The notes: a model not told the origin generated them from the letters alone. Counted from the stretch's first letter, positions 1 to 10,108 are shown. The stretch is 64,000 nt of DNA from an uncultured Planctomycetales bacterium (GCA_964464755.1 CAYXGZ010000006.1:17445-81444); one strand, 5' to 3'. Program-made: numbers and translations.

Positions 1-243
1 GTCGCCGTTGCCGTGGAACACGTAGAGCAACGGGTAGCGGCGGCCCGGCTGCACCCCCTCGGGGGAGAAGAGGTACGCGTTCATCCCCGTCGCGCCCTCG
101 ACCTCCACCGGGAACTTCGAGTACTTCCCCGGCGGGTTGACGGCCGGCGGCGACTCGTCGCCGCCCCCGCAGCCCTCCTGGATCGGGAGCTCGCCCGCCG
201 AGGCGAGGGACGCGGCGAGCAGGACGGCGGCCAGGATTCGCAT
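1..243 (-). CDS. secreted alpha/beta-hydrolase-like protein, N-terminal 81 codons only (gene runs off the left edge)
   Basis: Own minus-strand translation. ATG at 243 with GGAGG upstream gives MRILAAVLLAASLASAGELPIQEGCGGG... (signal peptide) and ends ...GRRYPLLYVFHGNGD, typical of esterase/dienelactone-hydrolase folds. Absent from the ORF track because there is no stop codon in the window. Confidence 0.45.
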   Translation of the reverse strand, partial: MRILAAVLLAASLASAGELPIQEGCGGGDESPPAVNPPGKYSKFPVEVEGATGMNAYLFSPEGVQPGRRYPLLYVFHGNGD

Positions 244-301
244 GCGGAGCGCCTCCGAATCGGAAACCGGGGACCCGGGACGGGTGTTATCTTAAGCGAT
301 C

Positions 302-1657
302 ATGAAACACCTGCTGCTGCTCCTCGTGTGCGCGCTTCCGCTGGCGGCCCAGGAGCCGGTTCCCGCGAAGTCGCCGGACGAGGCGTCGAACCTCGCCCTG
401 CCCCCGGGGCTGCCGGCGGCCGCGGAGGAGGCCCTCAAGAAGGGGCTGGCGACGATGGACGAGGCGCGCCGCAAGCCGGCGGACGCCGTGGACCTCGCCG
501 AGCAGGCCATCGAGTCCTTCCGCAAGGCGGAGCGGATGAACGGCAAGGCCTTCGCGCTCTGCTCCTACCACCTCGGCATCGCCCACCAGTGGACCAAGGA
601 GTACAAGGAGGCGCAACGCCGCCTCGAGCGCGCCCTCGAGCTGAACCCGAAGTTCCACGAGGCCCTCGTCGAGCTGGGCGACGTGTTCGCGTGGCAGAAG
701 TCCTTCCCCGCGGCGATCAAGACCTACGACCGCGCGATCGCGATGAAGCCCGATTTCGCCGTCGCGCACCTGAGCAAGGCCCTCTCCCTCTGCCGGACGG
801 GCGAGTTCGCGAAGGCGGCGGCGGCCTGCGAGAAGGCGGGCGAGCTCGATCCGAAGCTGGGCGCGGCGAAGGCCGTCGGGAGGATCTGCGAGCACGAGGT
901 CAAGGGGCCCGGGTGGGCGAAGACGTTCACGAAGGAGAGCGAGCACTTCCTCGTGATGACGGACGCGGACCAGAAATCCGCGGACTGGATCTCCGGGCAC
1001 GTGGAGCTCATCTACGCGAAGTACAACAAGGTCTTCCCGCCGATCCCGAAGGGCAAGGACAAGTTCCGCGTCATCCTCTTCGCGGACCACAAGGGGTACA
1101 TGGACTACGGCTCGCCCCCGGGGACGGGCGGCTACTACCAGTCGCTGACGCGGAAGCTCGTGCTGTACAAGCAGCCCAAGGACGCGGACACGATCCTCGT
1201 GACGTACCACGAGGCGTTCCACCAGTACCTGGACTACTACCTCAGCGACGCGCCGCAGTGGTTCAACGAGGGGCACGGGGACTACTTCGGGCCCATGACC
1301 TGGAACGAGAAGACGCGGCAGATGGACGTGCACACGAACTCGTGGCGCTTCGACCTGGTCAAGGCGGGGATCCGCGCCAACAAGGTCCAGTCGTTCCCGA
1401 AGATCATGACCATGACCCAGGGGGAGCTCTACGACAAGGAGACCGTGGGAATGAACTACGCCCAGTCCTGGGCGATGGTCTACTTCTTCTGGCACTACGA
1501 GAACGGCAAGTACGCCAAGTACCTGCAGGAGTACTTCAAGGAGCTCATGAAGGGCGAGGGGCTGCGAGGCGCCTACAACGACGTCTTCGGCAAGGCGCCC
1601 ATGGCCCAGATCGAGCAGGAGTGGCGGGACTACATCCTCGCCCTCAAGGCGGGCTAA
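302..1657 (+). CDS. secreted TPR-repeat protein with DUF1570 / peptidase-MA-like C-terminal domain
   Basis: Signal peptide MKHLLLLLVCALPLAAQ. TPR-like helical repeats (YHLGIAHQWTKEYKEAQRRLERALELNPKF...). HExxH motif (YHEAFHQY) in a DUF1570-type context. Confidence 0.8.
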   Translation: MKHLLLLLVCALPLAAQEPVPAKSPDEASNLALPPGLPAAAEEALKKGLATMDEARRKPADAVDLAEQAIESFRKAERMNGKAFALCSYHLGIAHQWTKEYKEAQRRLERALELNPKFHEALVELGDVFAWQKSFPAAIKTYDRAIAMKPDFAVAHLSKALSLCRTGEFAKAAAACEKAGELDPKLGAAKAVGRICEHEVKGPGWAKTFTKESEHFLVMTDADQKSADWISGHVELIYAKYNKVFPPIPKGKDKFRVILFADHKGYMDYGSPPGTGGYYQSLTRKLVLYKQPKDADTILVTYHEAFHQYLDYYLSDAPQWFNEGHGDYFGPMTWNEKTRQMDVHTNSWRFDLVKAGIRANKVQSFPKIMTMTQGELYDKETVGMNYAQSWAMVYFFWHYENGKYAKYLQEYFKELMKGEGLRGAYNDVFGKAPMAQIEQEWRDYILALKAG

Positions 1658-1703
1658 CCGGGGCTTGCCGGGGACCGATCCTCCCCCTATATTTTTCACC
1701 TTC

Positions 1704-2864
1704 ATGCCCAGCGCCACCTGCAAGTCCTGCACCACCGCGTTCGAGGTCGAGGGCACGACCGGCCCCTGCCCGCGCTGCGGCGAGGTCGTCACCGTCGACC
1801 TCTCCGTCAAGGTGCTCTGCTCCTGCGGCACGACGCTGAAGGCGCCGGCCAAGATGCGCGGTCGCGTCATCCGCTGCCCCAAGTGCACGAAGTCGGTCGC
1901 GATCCCGCGCGGGGACGAGGCGGAGCAGGCCCGGACCGTGAACGTCGCGGCGCACATCCTGCGCTGGGCCTTCGCGGCGGCGCTGGTCCCGCTGCTCGTC
2001 GCGGACCACCGGGCCGAGAAGAACATCCGGGACCAGCTGACGCGGGACGTCGGCAACCTCGTGACCTCGAAGGAGGACAAGGAGGCCGCGCAGGCGGCGA
2101 CGCGCCTGAAGGAGAAGGTGGCGCTGCTGCCCGCGAAGAAGATCGGGACGGCCCACCTGCCGATCGGGGCGACCGCGCCGTTCATCTACGCTGGCATCTC
2201 GCTGGCGGCCCTGCTCGGGTTCTGCCTCTTCGCGTTCCGGTCGAAGGGCTCCGACCCCCTGGGCGCGGCGGGGGCGGCGGCCGTGGCGCTGCTCGCCGGC
2301 GCGGGGGCGGGGCTGCTCGTCACCGTGATCTTCCCCGCGCCGGTGGAGATGCCGGGCGGGGCCAGGACGCTGGCGGCGGCGGCCCTGGCCGCCGTGCTCG
2401 CCGAGACGGCGAAGTCCTTCGCGGCCGTGCGCATCCTGCGCAGCGGCCAGCCGACCCGGGGCAGCGCGGTGACCCTGGCCGCGGTGGCCGCGGGCCTGGG
2501 CTACGGGGTGGGCGAGAGCGCGATGGTCTCGATCAACTGGCTGAACGGCTCGGCGTACGCGGGCTCCTACGTCATCCACTTCATCTCGACGCCCGCGCTC
2601 CACGCGGCCTGGGCCGGCATGGCGGCCCTGATCTTCTGGCGGAAGCGCGAGGGGCTGCGCTCGGATTCGTGGATGGGCACCTGGATCCAGGGCGCCGGCG
2701 CGGCGATGGTGCTGAACCTGCTCTTCGGGTGGTTCCTGGAAACCGACGCGCAGATCCTGTCGCTCGTGGCCGGGCTGGCGTCCTTCGGCGCGTTCCACGT
2801 CCTGCACTACCTGACCGAGGCGCAGGAGTTCGAGGAATCCGGCCCGACGACGATCCAGGTCTAG
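1704..2864 (+). CDS. zinc-ribbon-fused PrsW-like intramembrane protease family membrane protein
   Basis: ATG at 1704 preferred over the track start at 1665. N-terminus has two Cys pairs sets (CKSC...CPRC and CSC...CPKC). Multi-TM C-terminal part has PrsW-like motifs AETAKS, GLGYGVGES and HAAWAG. Confidence 0.65.
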   Translation: MPSATCKSCTTAFEVEGTTGPCPRCGEVVTVDLSVKVLCSCGTTLKAPAKMRGRVIRCPKCTKSVAIPRGDEAEQARTVNVAAHILRWAFAAALVPLLVADHRAEKNIRDQLTRDVGNLVTSKEDKEAAQAATRLKEKVALLPAKKIGTAHLPIGATAPFIYAGISLAALLGFCLFAFRSKGSDPLGAAGAAAVALLAGAGAGLLVTVIFPAPVEMPGGARTLAAAALAAVLAETAKSFAAVRILRSGQPTRGSAVTLAAVAAGLGYGVGESAMVSINWLNGSAYAGSYVIHFISTPALHAAWAGMAALIFWRKREGLRSDSWMGTWIQGAGAAMVLNLLFGWFLETDAQILSLVAGLASFGAFHVLHYLTEAQEFEESGPTTIQV

Positions 2865-2873
2865 CGCCCGGCC

Positions 2874-3878
2874 CTACGACTTCCGGTCCTCCTCGAACTC
2901 CAGCAGCTCGTCGAGCCGCTTGCGGAGGGCCGCGACGAACTCCACCCCCGGCGCCGCCTCCTTGCGGATCAGCTTCAGCAGCTCGACGGCGCGCTCGTCG
3001 CTCATCACGATCACGTCGAAGACCTGCTGGGCGGAGGCCCCGCCCTCGCGGGCGGGAGCGGCGGCGAAGTGGGCGTCGACCGCCTCGCGGATCGACTTGA
3101 GGGAGTCGTACCACCAGGGGCGGTGGTTCTCGATCAGGCGCTTGAGGTTGTCCAGGGCGGGCGCGAGCATCGTGGCGCGCTCGTGGTCCTTCAGGCGGGC
3201 GCCCTGGAGCAGGGCCTGGCGGGCGGCGGCCTCGTCGAGGTAGATCGCGCGGCCGACCTGCCAGGGCTCGTAGCCGTCCTTGAGGTCCGGGAAGATCTCG
3301 CGGGCCACCGAGGCGAGGCTGAGCGCGTCGATCTCGGTGCCGAGCTCCTCGAGGTCCTTGATCTCGTCGTCTGCCGGGACGATGACGATCGGCAGCAGGC
3401 GCGTGGGGGTCTCGCTGCCCTGGGGGACGGGGATCTCGGGCTCGGGGAGCGGTTCGACGGGCGCCTCGGCGCCGCGCTTGTGGGCCATCGCGGCGCGGAT
3501 CTTCTCCTCGAGAGCCTGCAGGTCGGCGTCCTGGCCGGGCGCGTAGCCCGGGGTGACGGCCTTCTTCGCGGCCTCCGCCGCCTCGGCGGCCTGCCGGCGC
3601 TCCTGCTCCTCGGCCTCCTTGCGCGCGGCCGCCTCGAGGGCCTCGCGGCGCTTCCTGCGCATGGCCTCGAGGCCGCCCCCCTCGATCAGGCCCTCCATGG
3701 AGTCGCCGAGGAAGCGCCGGGTCTCGGCGCTGCGGCAGTACATGATCTTCTCCATGATGGAGATGATCTGCGGCGTGCGGCCCGGGAGGTCCAGGACCTC
3801 CGCGAGGGCGGCCCGCGCCTCGTCCATGGTCCGGATGATGGGAGAGGGGCTCATGGCTGTGGGGTTCGGCTGACTCAA
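2874..3878 (-). CDS. hypothetical protein with central charged coiled-coil segment
   Basis: 334-aa ORF with GC3-rich codons. Central RRKRREALEAAARKEAEEQERRQAAEAAEAAKK segment. No domain recognised. Start could also be a downstream Met. Confidence 0.6.
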   Translation of the reverse strand: MSQPNPTAMSPSPIIRTMDEARAALAEVLDLPGRTPQIISIMEKIMYCRSAETRRFLGDSMEGLIEGGGLEAMRRKRREALEAAARKEAEEQERRQAAEAAEAAKKAVTPGYAPGQDADLQALEEKIRAAMAHKRGAEAPVEPLPEPEIPVPQGSETPTRLLPIVIVPADDEIKDLEELGTEIDALSLASVAREIFPDLKDGYEPWQVGRAIYLDEAAARQALLQGARLKDHERATMLAPALDNLKRLIENHRPWWYDSLKSIREAVDAHFAAAPAREGGASAQQVFDVIVMSDERAVELLKLIRKEAAPGVEFVAALRKRLDELLEFEEDRKS

Positions 3879-3955
3879 GTGTACCGCCCCGCCCGCGAAA
3901 CGGAAGGAATTCAGATTCGTCGGGGGTGTGGACGATGATGGGGTAGTCGGCTAAG

Positions 3956-4645
3956 ATGAACCGACACGAGGAGACCCCCTTGGGCGGAACTTTGTTCTTC
4001 ACGGTCCAGCAGGCGTCCAAGATCTGCGAGCTTCCCGAGCCCGCGATGCAGCAGTACATCCAGTCGGGGGAGCTGATCGCCTCCTTCAACCAGGCGGCGA
4101 TGAACTACCTCATCCTCCAGGACGACCTGATCGCGTTCATGAAGGGCCGGAAGATGTTCGCCCAGATGCAGAAGCTCCTGGTCCACCGGGTCCTCGTCGT
4201 GGACCGCGACCAGAACACGACCTTCATCCTCAAGACCGAGCTGGAGCGCGGCGGCAAGGTCATGGTCCGCATCGCCACGAGCACCAAGGACGTCGAGCTC
4301 TCCCTCGACGCGAACGTGCCGGACGTCATGACGATGCACCTCGCGGCCGTCCAGCGCCAGCAGGACAACCTCGCGGGCGTCCTCCGCCGCTGCCGCGAGA
4401 CGCGGCCCACGAAGCTCATCCTCTACCACAACCAGCCCGACGTCCTCGTGAAGAACGACGAGGCGACGCAGAAGCTCGTGAACTACCTGAAGGTCGACGC
4501 GCTCGTCAGCGTCGCCTCGGGGAACAAGGCCCTCATCATGAAGATCGAGGAGGCCCTGGGCATCGTCCGCCAGACCCGGGTCTACAAGCCGCCGTTCGGC
4601 GCCGCCCCGCCGGCCGCCCCGCCCCCTCCCCCGCCGCCCCGCTAG
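3956..4645 (+). CDS. HTH (excisionase/MerR-like) DNA-binding protein fused to a receiver-like domain, Pro-rich tail
   Basis: N-terminal FFTVQQASKICELPEPAMQQYIQSGELIA...LILQDDLIAFMK is an excisionase-type HTH. VLVVDRD...PDVMTMHL...KLILYHN follows a CheY-like strand pattern, with His where the phospho-acceptor Asp is expected. Confidence 0.7.
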   Translation: MNRHEETPLGGTLFFTVQQASKICELPEPAMQQYIQSGELIASFNQAAMNYLILQDDLIAFMKGRKMFAQMQKLLVHRVLVVDRDQNTTFILKTELERGGKVMVRIATSTKDVELSLDANVPDVMTMHLAAVQRQQDNLAGVLRRCRETRPTKLILYHNQPDVLVKNDEATQKLVNYLKVDALVSVASGNKALIMKIEEALGIVRQTRVYKPPFGAAPPAAPPPPPPPR

Positions 4646-4657
4646 TCGACCGGTTCC

Positions 4658-4686
4658 TTTCCACCCGCCGGGCACCGCCGTATAAT
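4658..4686 (+). promoter_or_regulatory. sigma70-type promoter TTTCCA-17 nt-TATAAT upstream of the SDR gene
   Basis: TATAAT at 4681-4686 is only 8 nt before the ATG at 4695, so the mRNA is predicted to be leaderless or nearly so. The -35-like TTTCCA lies at 4658-4663. AT-rich hexamers are rare in this GC-rich DNA. Confidence 0.45.
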
Positions 4687-4694
4687 CGGCGCCG

Positions 4695-5444
4695 ATGAAA
4701 CTCCCCGGCCGCGTCGCGCTCGTCACCGGCGGATCCAGCGGCATCGGCCGCGCCGTCGGACGCCGGTTCGCCTCCGAGGGCGCGAAGGTCTGCTTCGTCG
4801 GCCGCCGCGAGGAGCGCCTTCGCGAGGCCGCGGGGGCCGAAGGCGCCTGGTGCGCCGCGGACGTCCGGCGCCCCGCCGACTGCGCCCGGGCCGTCGAGGC
4901 CTGCGTCTCCCGCTTCGGCGCGATCGACATCCTCGTCAACGCCGCGGGAGTCATCGGCAACGACGGAATCCTCGACGCCAAGCCCGCGGAGTGGCGGCGC
5001 ATCATGGACTCCAACGTCGAGACCGTCTACGAGATGACCCGCGCGGCCGCCCCCCACCTCGCCAAGCGGCGAGGCGGCTCCATCCTGAACCTGAGCTCCG
5101 TGACCAGCCTGCGCCCCTTCCCCAACCTGCTCGCGTACTGCGCGAGCAAGGCGGCGGTCGACATGATGACGAAGTGCATGGCGCTCGAGTTCGCGCCGCA
5201 CGGCGTCCGCGTCAACTCGATCAACCCCGGCGTCGTCGTCACCGAGCTCCACACGGTGACCGGCGCCGTGGCCGACTACCCGGCCTTCCTCGAGCGGGGC
5301 AAGGCGACGCACCCGCTCGGCCGGGTCGGGTCCACCGACGACATCGCGGCCCTCGCGCTCTTCCTGGCGAGCGACGAGGCCTCCTGGATCACCGGCCAGG
5401 TCCACGTGGCGGACGGCGGCCGGCAGCTGCTCAGCGCGCGTTGA
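4695..5444 (+). CDS. short-chain dehydrogenase/reductase (SDR family oxidoreductase)
   Basis: TGGSSGIGRA cofactor motif, NAAG, and YCASKAA (YxxxK catalytic motif). Confidence 0.9.
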   Translation: MKLPGRVALVTGGSSGIGRAVGRRFASEGAKVCFVGRREERLREAAGAEGAWCAADVRRPADCARAVEACVSRFGAIDILVNAAGVIGNDGILDAKPAEWRRIMDSNVETVYEMTRAAAPHLAKRRGGSILNLSSVTSLRPFPNLLAYCASKAAVDMMTKCMALEFAPHGVRVNSINPGVVVTELHTVTGAVADYPAFLERGKATHPLGRVGSTDDIAALALFLASDEASWITGQVHVADGGRQLLSAR

Positions 5445-5454
5445 GGGGGAACCC

Positions 5455-5781
5455 ATGGTGACCATCGTGTTCGACAAGCCGAGGTCGATGAACCCCGAGG
5501 CGCTCGTGCGCGAGCTGCGGGGCTCCAGCCACTGCGCCGGCCTCGAGATCCTGCTCTGGGACGAGGAGATCACCGTCGAGGAGTCCAAGTCGGGCGACGA
5601 GCTCACGGTCAAGATCGACCCGTCGAAGCTGGAGATCAAGACGGAGGGCGCCAGCAAGGCGCTCGCCGAGAAGGTCGCGACCGCGCTGCAGGCCCAGGGC
5701 CTGCGCCGCCGCCCCCCGCCGGGCTCGGGCAAGGCGAAGAAGGCGCCCCGCCCGACCGCCCCGCCCCCCGAGCGGCCCTGA
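5455..5781 (+). CDS. small hypothetical protein with basic Pro-rich tail
   Basis: ATG at 5455 preceded by GAGGGGGA, 10 nt after the SDR stop. GC3-rich codons. No recognisable domain. Confidence 0.5.
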   Translation: MVTIVFDKPRSMNPEALVRELRGSSHCAGLEILLWDEEITVEESKSGDELTVKIDPSKLEIKTEGASKALAEKVATALQAQGLRRRPPPGSGKAKKAPRPTAPPPERP

Positions 5782-5784
5782 CGC

Positions 5785-7260
5785 CTACTTCGCCGGCCGC
5801 TTCAGCGTGAGCGGGTCCGGCAGCTCCAGGTCGACGACCGGCCCGAAGTCCTCCGGCTTCACCGCGTGCTGCCCGTCGCCCTTCTTCATCGCCTCGACGT
5901 CGCCGACGAAGAGCGCCACGAACTTCGAGGGCTGCATGTGCTCCTTCGCGCAGCGCCGCACGTCGGCCGCCGTCACCGCCGCGATCTTCTGGCGGTAGAC
6001 CGAGTAGAAGTCCTTCGGGTACCCGTTGAACTCCGCCGAGGCGAACGTCGACGCGATCCGCGCCGGCGTCGGAAAGAAGATCCCCGCGAAGCCCTCGAGG
6101 TAGAAGTTCTTCGCCGCGTCGAGCTCCTCGGGCGTGACGTCCTTCTCCTGCATGCGGGCGATCTCCTCGAGGCAGATCTTGCCCGCCCAGAGGCAGGACT
6201 CGCTGCGGCTCTGGTACTGGATCCGGAAGGCGCCCGTGTAGGCGATGCCGGGGCGGTAGTCGCTGCCCACGTCGTAGGCCAGGCCCTCGTCCGTCCGGAC
6301 GCGGGCGACGAGGCGCGAGCTGAAGCCGCCGCCGCCGAGGATGTACGACATGATGCGGATCGGGAACGCGTCCGGGTGGTCGATGCGGATGCCGAGGTGG
6401 GCCAGGGTCACGCGGCCCTGGTTGACCTTGCCCTTGGCCGGGATGAAGTAGGCCCCGGGGACCGGGACGTGCTTCGGCTCCGGCACCTTCACGGTCTCGG
6501 CCTTCGCGACCGGCCAGTTGCCGAACGCGGATTCCAGCTTGGCGAGCAGCTCCTCGCGCCGGAAGTCCCCCGCCACGGCCATGATCATGTTCGCCGGGTG
6601 GAAGAAGCGGGCGTGGAAGGCCGCCAGGTCCTCGCGGGTGATCGAGGCCACCGAGTGCGAGGTCGGGTGCCGGTTGCTCGGGAAGTCGCCGTAGAGGAGC
6701 AGGTTCGACTCGCGGGCCTCGACGGCCTGCGCCGCGTCGTTGCGGGCCTTGAGGCGCTGGAGGACCTGCGCCTTGGCGAGGTCGAGCCGGTCCTGCGCGA
6801 ACGCGGGGTTCGCCAGGAGGTCCGTGAAGACCGCCAGGCCCGCGTCGAGGTCCTTGCTCAGCACCGAGAGGCTCGCGGAGGCCTGCGTGTCGCCGACGCT
6901 GACGCCGGCCTGGGCGGCCAGGAACTCGAGCTCCTCGTCCACCTGCTCGGGCTTCCGGTTCTTCGTGCCGCCGACGCGCATCTGGCCGCCGACGAGCCCG
7001 GCGACGCCCTCCTTGCCCTCGGGCTCCCAGAAGGACCCCGCGCGGATGAGCACGCTGAGGTCGATTTTCGGGAGCGAGCGGTCCTCGACGGCGTAGACCA
7101 CCATCCCGCACTGCAGCTGGGCGCGCAGCGGGCCGGGGTCCGGCACCTTGAACTCGGGGGCCTTGAACTTCAGCTGGTCCGGGTGGGCCGGGACGTCCTG
7201 GGCCCGGCCGGGGAGCGCCGCGAGCAGGGCCGCGGCGGCGATCAGGATGGCGTGCTTCAT
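5785..7260 (-). CDS. M16 family peptidase, non-catalytic-type subunit
   Basis: Insulinase-like fold by sequence pattern. GVAGLVGGQMRVGGT replaces the HxxEH zinc motif. Signal peptide MKHAILIAAAALLAALPGRAQD. ATG at 7260 preferred over the GTG at 7275. Confidence 0.8.
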   Translation of the reverse strand: MKHAILIAAAALLAALPGRAQDVPAHPDQLKFKAPEFKVPDPGPLRAQLQCGMVVYAVEDRSLPKIDLSVLIRAGSFWEPEGKEGVAGLVGGQMRVGGTKNRKPEQVDEELEFLAAQAGVSVGDTQASASLSVLSKDLDAGLAVFTDLLANPAFAQDRLDLAKAQVLQRLKARNDAAQAVEARESNLLLYGDFPSNRHPTSHSVASITREDLAAFHARFFHPANMIMAVAGDFRREELLAKLESAFGNWPVAKAETVKVPEPKHVPVPGAYFIPAKGKVNQGRVTLAHLGIRIDHPDAFPIRIMSYILGGGGFSSRLVARVRTDEGLAYDVGSDYRPGIAYTGAFRIQYQSRSESCLWAGKICLEEIARMQEKDVTPEELDAAKNFYLEGFAGIFFPTPARIASTFASAEFNGYPKDFYSVYRQKIAAVTAADVRRCAKEHMQPSKFVALFVGDVEAMKKGDGQHAVKPEDFGPVVDLELPDPLTLKRPAK

Positions 7261-7264
7261 GGGA

Positions 7265-8869
7265 TTACTTTCCACCTTCCTTGGGGGGCGCGGCGGCGCC
7301 CTTGCGCTTCACCGTGAGGACGTTCTTGCCCTCGGGAACGTAGTACTTCGCGGCCGAGCGCCGGATGTCCTCGGCCGTCACCTTGTTCGCGTCCGGCACG
7401 ACCTTCATCACGTCGCGCCAGCTGTTGTGGATCTCGGCGAAGCCGAGGGCCGTCGCGACGCCGTCGTTCGTGTCGAGCTCGCGGACCATGTTGCCGAGCA
7501 TCTGGTTGCGGGCCTTCTGCAGTTCGCGGTCGGAGACCGGCTCCGTCTTCAGGCGCTCGATCTCCTCGAGCAGCGCCTTCTCCAGGTCCTCGAAGCTCAC
7601 GCCCTCGCGGGGCTGCGCCGAGATCTCCAGCGCCCCGCCGTACTTCAGGCCCCAGTAGGTGGCCCCGGTGGACAGGGCGAGCTTCTTGCCGTCGACCAGC
7701 GCCCGGTGCAGCCGCCCGGTGCGGCCCGAGAGCACCATCGCCAGCAGGTCCAGCGACGGCGCGTCCGCGTGGGCCTGCGCGGGGCCGTGCCACCAGATCT
7801 GCATCTGGGGCTGGGCGTCCGCCTCGGCCGCCATCCGGCGCTCGCCGACCTGGGCCGACTCGAGCGTCACCACCGCGGGCCGCTCCTTCTTGCGCTTCGG
7901 CAGGCGCCCGAAGTAGAGCTTCGCGAGCTCGCGGATCCGCTCCTTCTTCACGTCGCCGACGAAGATCGCCGTGCAGTTGTCGGGCGTGTAGTGCGTGTCG
8001 TAGTAGTCCTGCGCGTCGGAGTACGCGTACTGGTCGATGTCCGACATCCAGCCGATGACGGGCCAGCCGTACGGGTGGGACTGCCAGAACATCGACATGA
8101 AGGCCTCGTTGATGAGGCCCATGGGCGGCGAGTCCGTCCGCATCCGCCGCTCCTCCTTGACCACGTCGCGCTCGGGGTAGAACTCCCGGAAGACAGGGTT
8201 GAGGAAGCGGTCCGACTCGAGCCAGAAGAACAGCTCGACCTTCGAGCTCGGCAGGTCGACGAAGTAGCGCGTCCAGTCGTAGTAGGTCGACGCGTTGAGC
8301 CCGAGGCCGCCGTGGGCCTGGAAGATCTTCGAGAGGTGCTCGCCGACGGAGATCTTCTTCTGCTCGGCGACGAGGGCGTCGTACTTCGCGAGCAGGGCCT
8401 TGTAGGCCTCCTGGTCGGCCGCGTGGATCGTCGCCTTCAGGTTCCCCGAGGTGACGACGGTCGGCTCGCCGCGCCGCAGGGCCTCCAGGCCCCGGAGCTT
8501 CAGCGCGCGGACGTCGCCCATCACGGCCTCGATGGCCGCGTTGAGCTCCCGGTCCTTCTTCGGCTCCTTCGTCCCGATGGTGTCGGTGCCCTTGAACATC
8601 ATGTGCTCGAAGAAGTGCGAGAGGCCCGTAATGCCGGGGCGCTCGTTGACCGAGCCCACCTTCCAGTAGAGGGCGCAGAAGGCCCGCGGGGCCCCGGGCC
8701 GCTCCACCGTCAGGACCCTCATCCCGTTCTCGAGGACCAGCTCGTCGACGTCGAGGTTGATCCCGCCGGTCGGCGCCGCGTCCTGGGCCGAGGCCCGGGG
8801 GACGCCCGACTCCGGCCATCCGCCGGCGGCCGCGAGGAGCGCCACCGCGAGGGCTGCCACGATCCGCAT
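7265..8869 (-). CDS. M16 family zinc peptidase (catalytic-type subunit)
   Basis: HFFEHMMFKGT (inverted HxxEH zinc motif). Signal peptide MRIVAALAVALLAAAGG. Immediately upstream of its M16 partner. Confidence 0.9.
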   Translation of the reverse strand: MRIVAALAVALLAAAGGWPESGVPRASAQDAAPTGGINLDVDELVLENGMRVLTVERPGAPRAFCALYWKVGSVNERPGITGLSHFFEHMMFKGTDTIGTKEPKKDRELNAAIEAVMGDVRALKLRGLEALRRGEPTVVTSGNLKATIHAADQEAYKALLAKYDALVAEQKKISVGEHLSKIFQAHGGLGLNASTYYDWTRYFVDLPSSKVELFFWLESDRFLNPVFREFYPERDVVKEERRMRTDSPPMGLINEAFMSMFWQSHPYGWPVIGWMSDIDQYAYSDAQDYYDTHYTPDNCTAIFVGDVKKERIRELAKLYFGRLPKRKKERPAVVTLESAQVGERRMAAEADAQPQMQIWWHGPAQAHADAPSLDLLAMVLSGRTGRLHRALVDGKKLALSTGATYWGLKYGGALEISAQPREGVSFEDLEKALLEEIERLKTEPVSDRELQKARNQMLGNMVRELDTNDGVATALGFAEIHNSWRDVMKVVPDANKVTAEDIRRSAAKYYVPEGKNVLTVKRKGAAAPPKEGGK

Positions 8870-8917
8870 GTCCGAACCTCCGTTGATGTTCCCGTTGATA
8901 CGGCCCGGGACGGGCCG

Positions 8918-10108
8918 CTATTTGAGGACCCCGAGCTTCTTCCCCACCTTCGCGAACGCGGCCAGGGCCCGGTCCAGGTGCTCCCGATCGTGGCCCGCGC
9001 TGATCTGCACGCGGATCCTCGCCTGGCCCTTCGGGACGACCGGGAAGAAGAACCCGACGACGTAGATCCCCTCGGCCAGCATCTCCCGCGCGAAGTCCTG
9101 GGCCAGCTTCGCCTCGTTGAGCATGATCGGCACGATCGGCGTGGTCCCCGGCTTGATCGTGAAGCCGCGCGCCTGGATCTCCTTGCGGAAGTACGCCGTG
9201 TTCGCCTCGAGCTTGTCGCGCAGGCCCGTCGAGCCCGCGAGCAGCTCGAAGGCCTTCAGCGCCGCCCCGACGATCGGCGGCGGCACCGTGTTCGAGAAGA
9301 GGTACGGGCGCGAGCGCTGGCGCAGCATCTGGACGATCGGCGCCCGGCCCGTCGTGAACCCGCCCGCCGCGCCGCCCAGCGCCTTGCCCAGGGTGCTGGT
9401 GATCACGTCGATCCGCTCCCGCACCCCGTGCAGCTCCGGCGTGCCCCGCCCCGTCTTCCCGATGAAGCCCGTCGCGTGGCTGTCGTCCACCATCACGAGC
9501 GCGTCGTACTTGTCGGCCAGGTCGCAGATCTCCGGGAGCTTCGCGACGTCCCCGTCCATCGAGAAGACGCCGTCGGTCGCGATCATGCGGACCCGCTGCG
9601 CTTGCGCCTTCTTCAGCGCCTCCTCGAGCTCCGCGAGGTCGCCGTGCGCGTAGCGGTAACGCTCGGCCTTGCAGAGGCGGATCCCGTCGATGATCGAGGC
9701 GTGGTTCAGGGCGTCGGAGATGATCGCGTCCTGCTCGCCGAGCAGGGTCTCGAAGAGCCCGCCGTTGGCGTCGAAGCAGGACGTGTAGAGGATCGCGTCG
9801 TCCGTGCCGAGGAAGGCCGAGATCGCCTTCTCGAGCTGCTTGTGCAGGTCCTGGGTCCCGCAGATGAAGCGGACGGAGCTCAGGCCGTAGCCGTGCGTGT
9901 CGAGGGCCTTGTGGGCGGCCGCGATCACCTCGGGGTGCGAGGAGAGCCCGAGGTAGTTGTTCGCGCAGAAGTTGAGGACCTCGCCCTGGGCGACGCGGAT
10001 CCGGGCGGCCTGGGGCCCGAGGAGGACGCGCTCCTCCTTGTAGAGGCCCGCGTCGCGGATCCCCTGCAGCTCCGCCTCGAGGATCGGCCGGATCGACTTC
10101 TGCACCAT
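8918..10108 (-). CDS. kbl: glycine C-acetyltransferase (2-amino-3-ketobutyrate CoA ligase)
   Basis: Full-length match to the KBL pattern, from [29 protein letters not shown] to ...[10 protein letters not shown]. The PLP lysine context TLGKALGG is present. ATG at 10108 with a GGGAGG SD was chosen, because the track start at 10159 lies inside the predicted promoter. Confidence 0.9.
   Translation of the reverse strand: MVQKSIRPILEAELQGIRDAGLYKEERVLLGPQAARIRVAQGEVLNFCANNYLGLSSHPEVIAAAHKALDTHGYGLSSVRFICGTQDLHKQLEKAISAFLGTDDAILYTSCFDANGGLFETLLGEQDAIISDALNHASIIDGIRLCKAERYRYAHGDLAELEEALKKAQAQRVRMIATDGVFSMDGDVAKLPEICDLADKYDALVMVDDSHATGFIGKTGRGTPELHGVRERIDVITSTLGKALGGAAGGFTTGRAPIVQMLRQRSRPYLFSNTVPPPIVGAALKAFELLAGSTGLRDKLEANTAYFRKEIQARGFTIKPGTTPIVPIMLNEAKLAQDFAREMLAEGIYVVGFFFPVVPKGQARIRVQISAGHDREHLDRALAAFAKVGKKLGVLK

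Noticed and set aside
4588-4645. GC-rich repetitive stretch (gccgccccgcc...) at the 3' end of the HTH/receiver gene, considered as a tandem repeat.
   Set aside because: It simply encodes a Pro/Ala-rich tail (AAPPAAPPPPPPPR). It has no unit structure beyond codon repetition.
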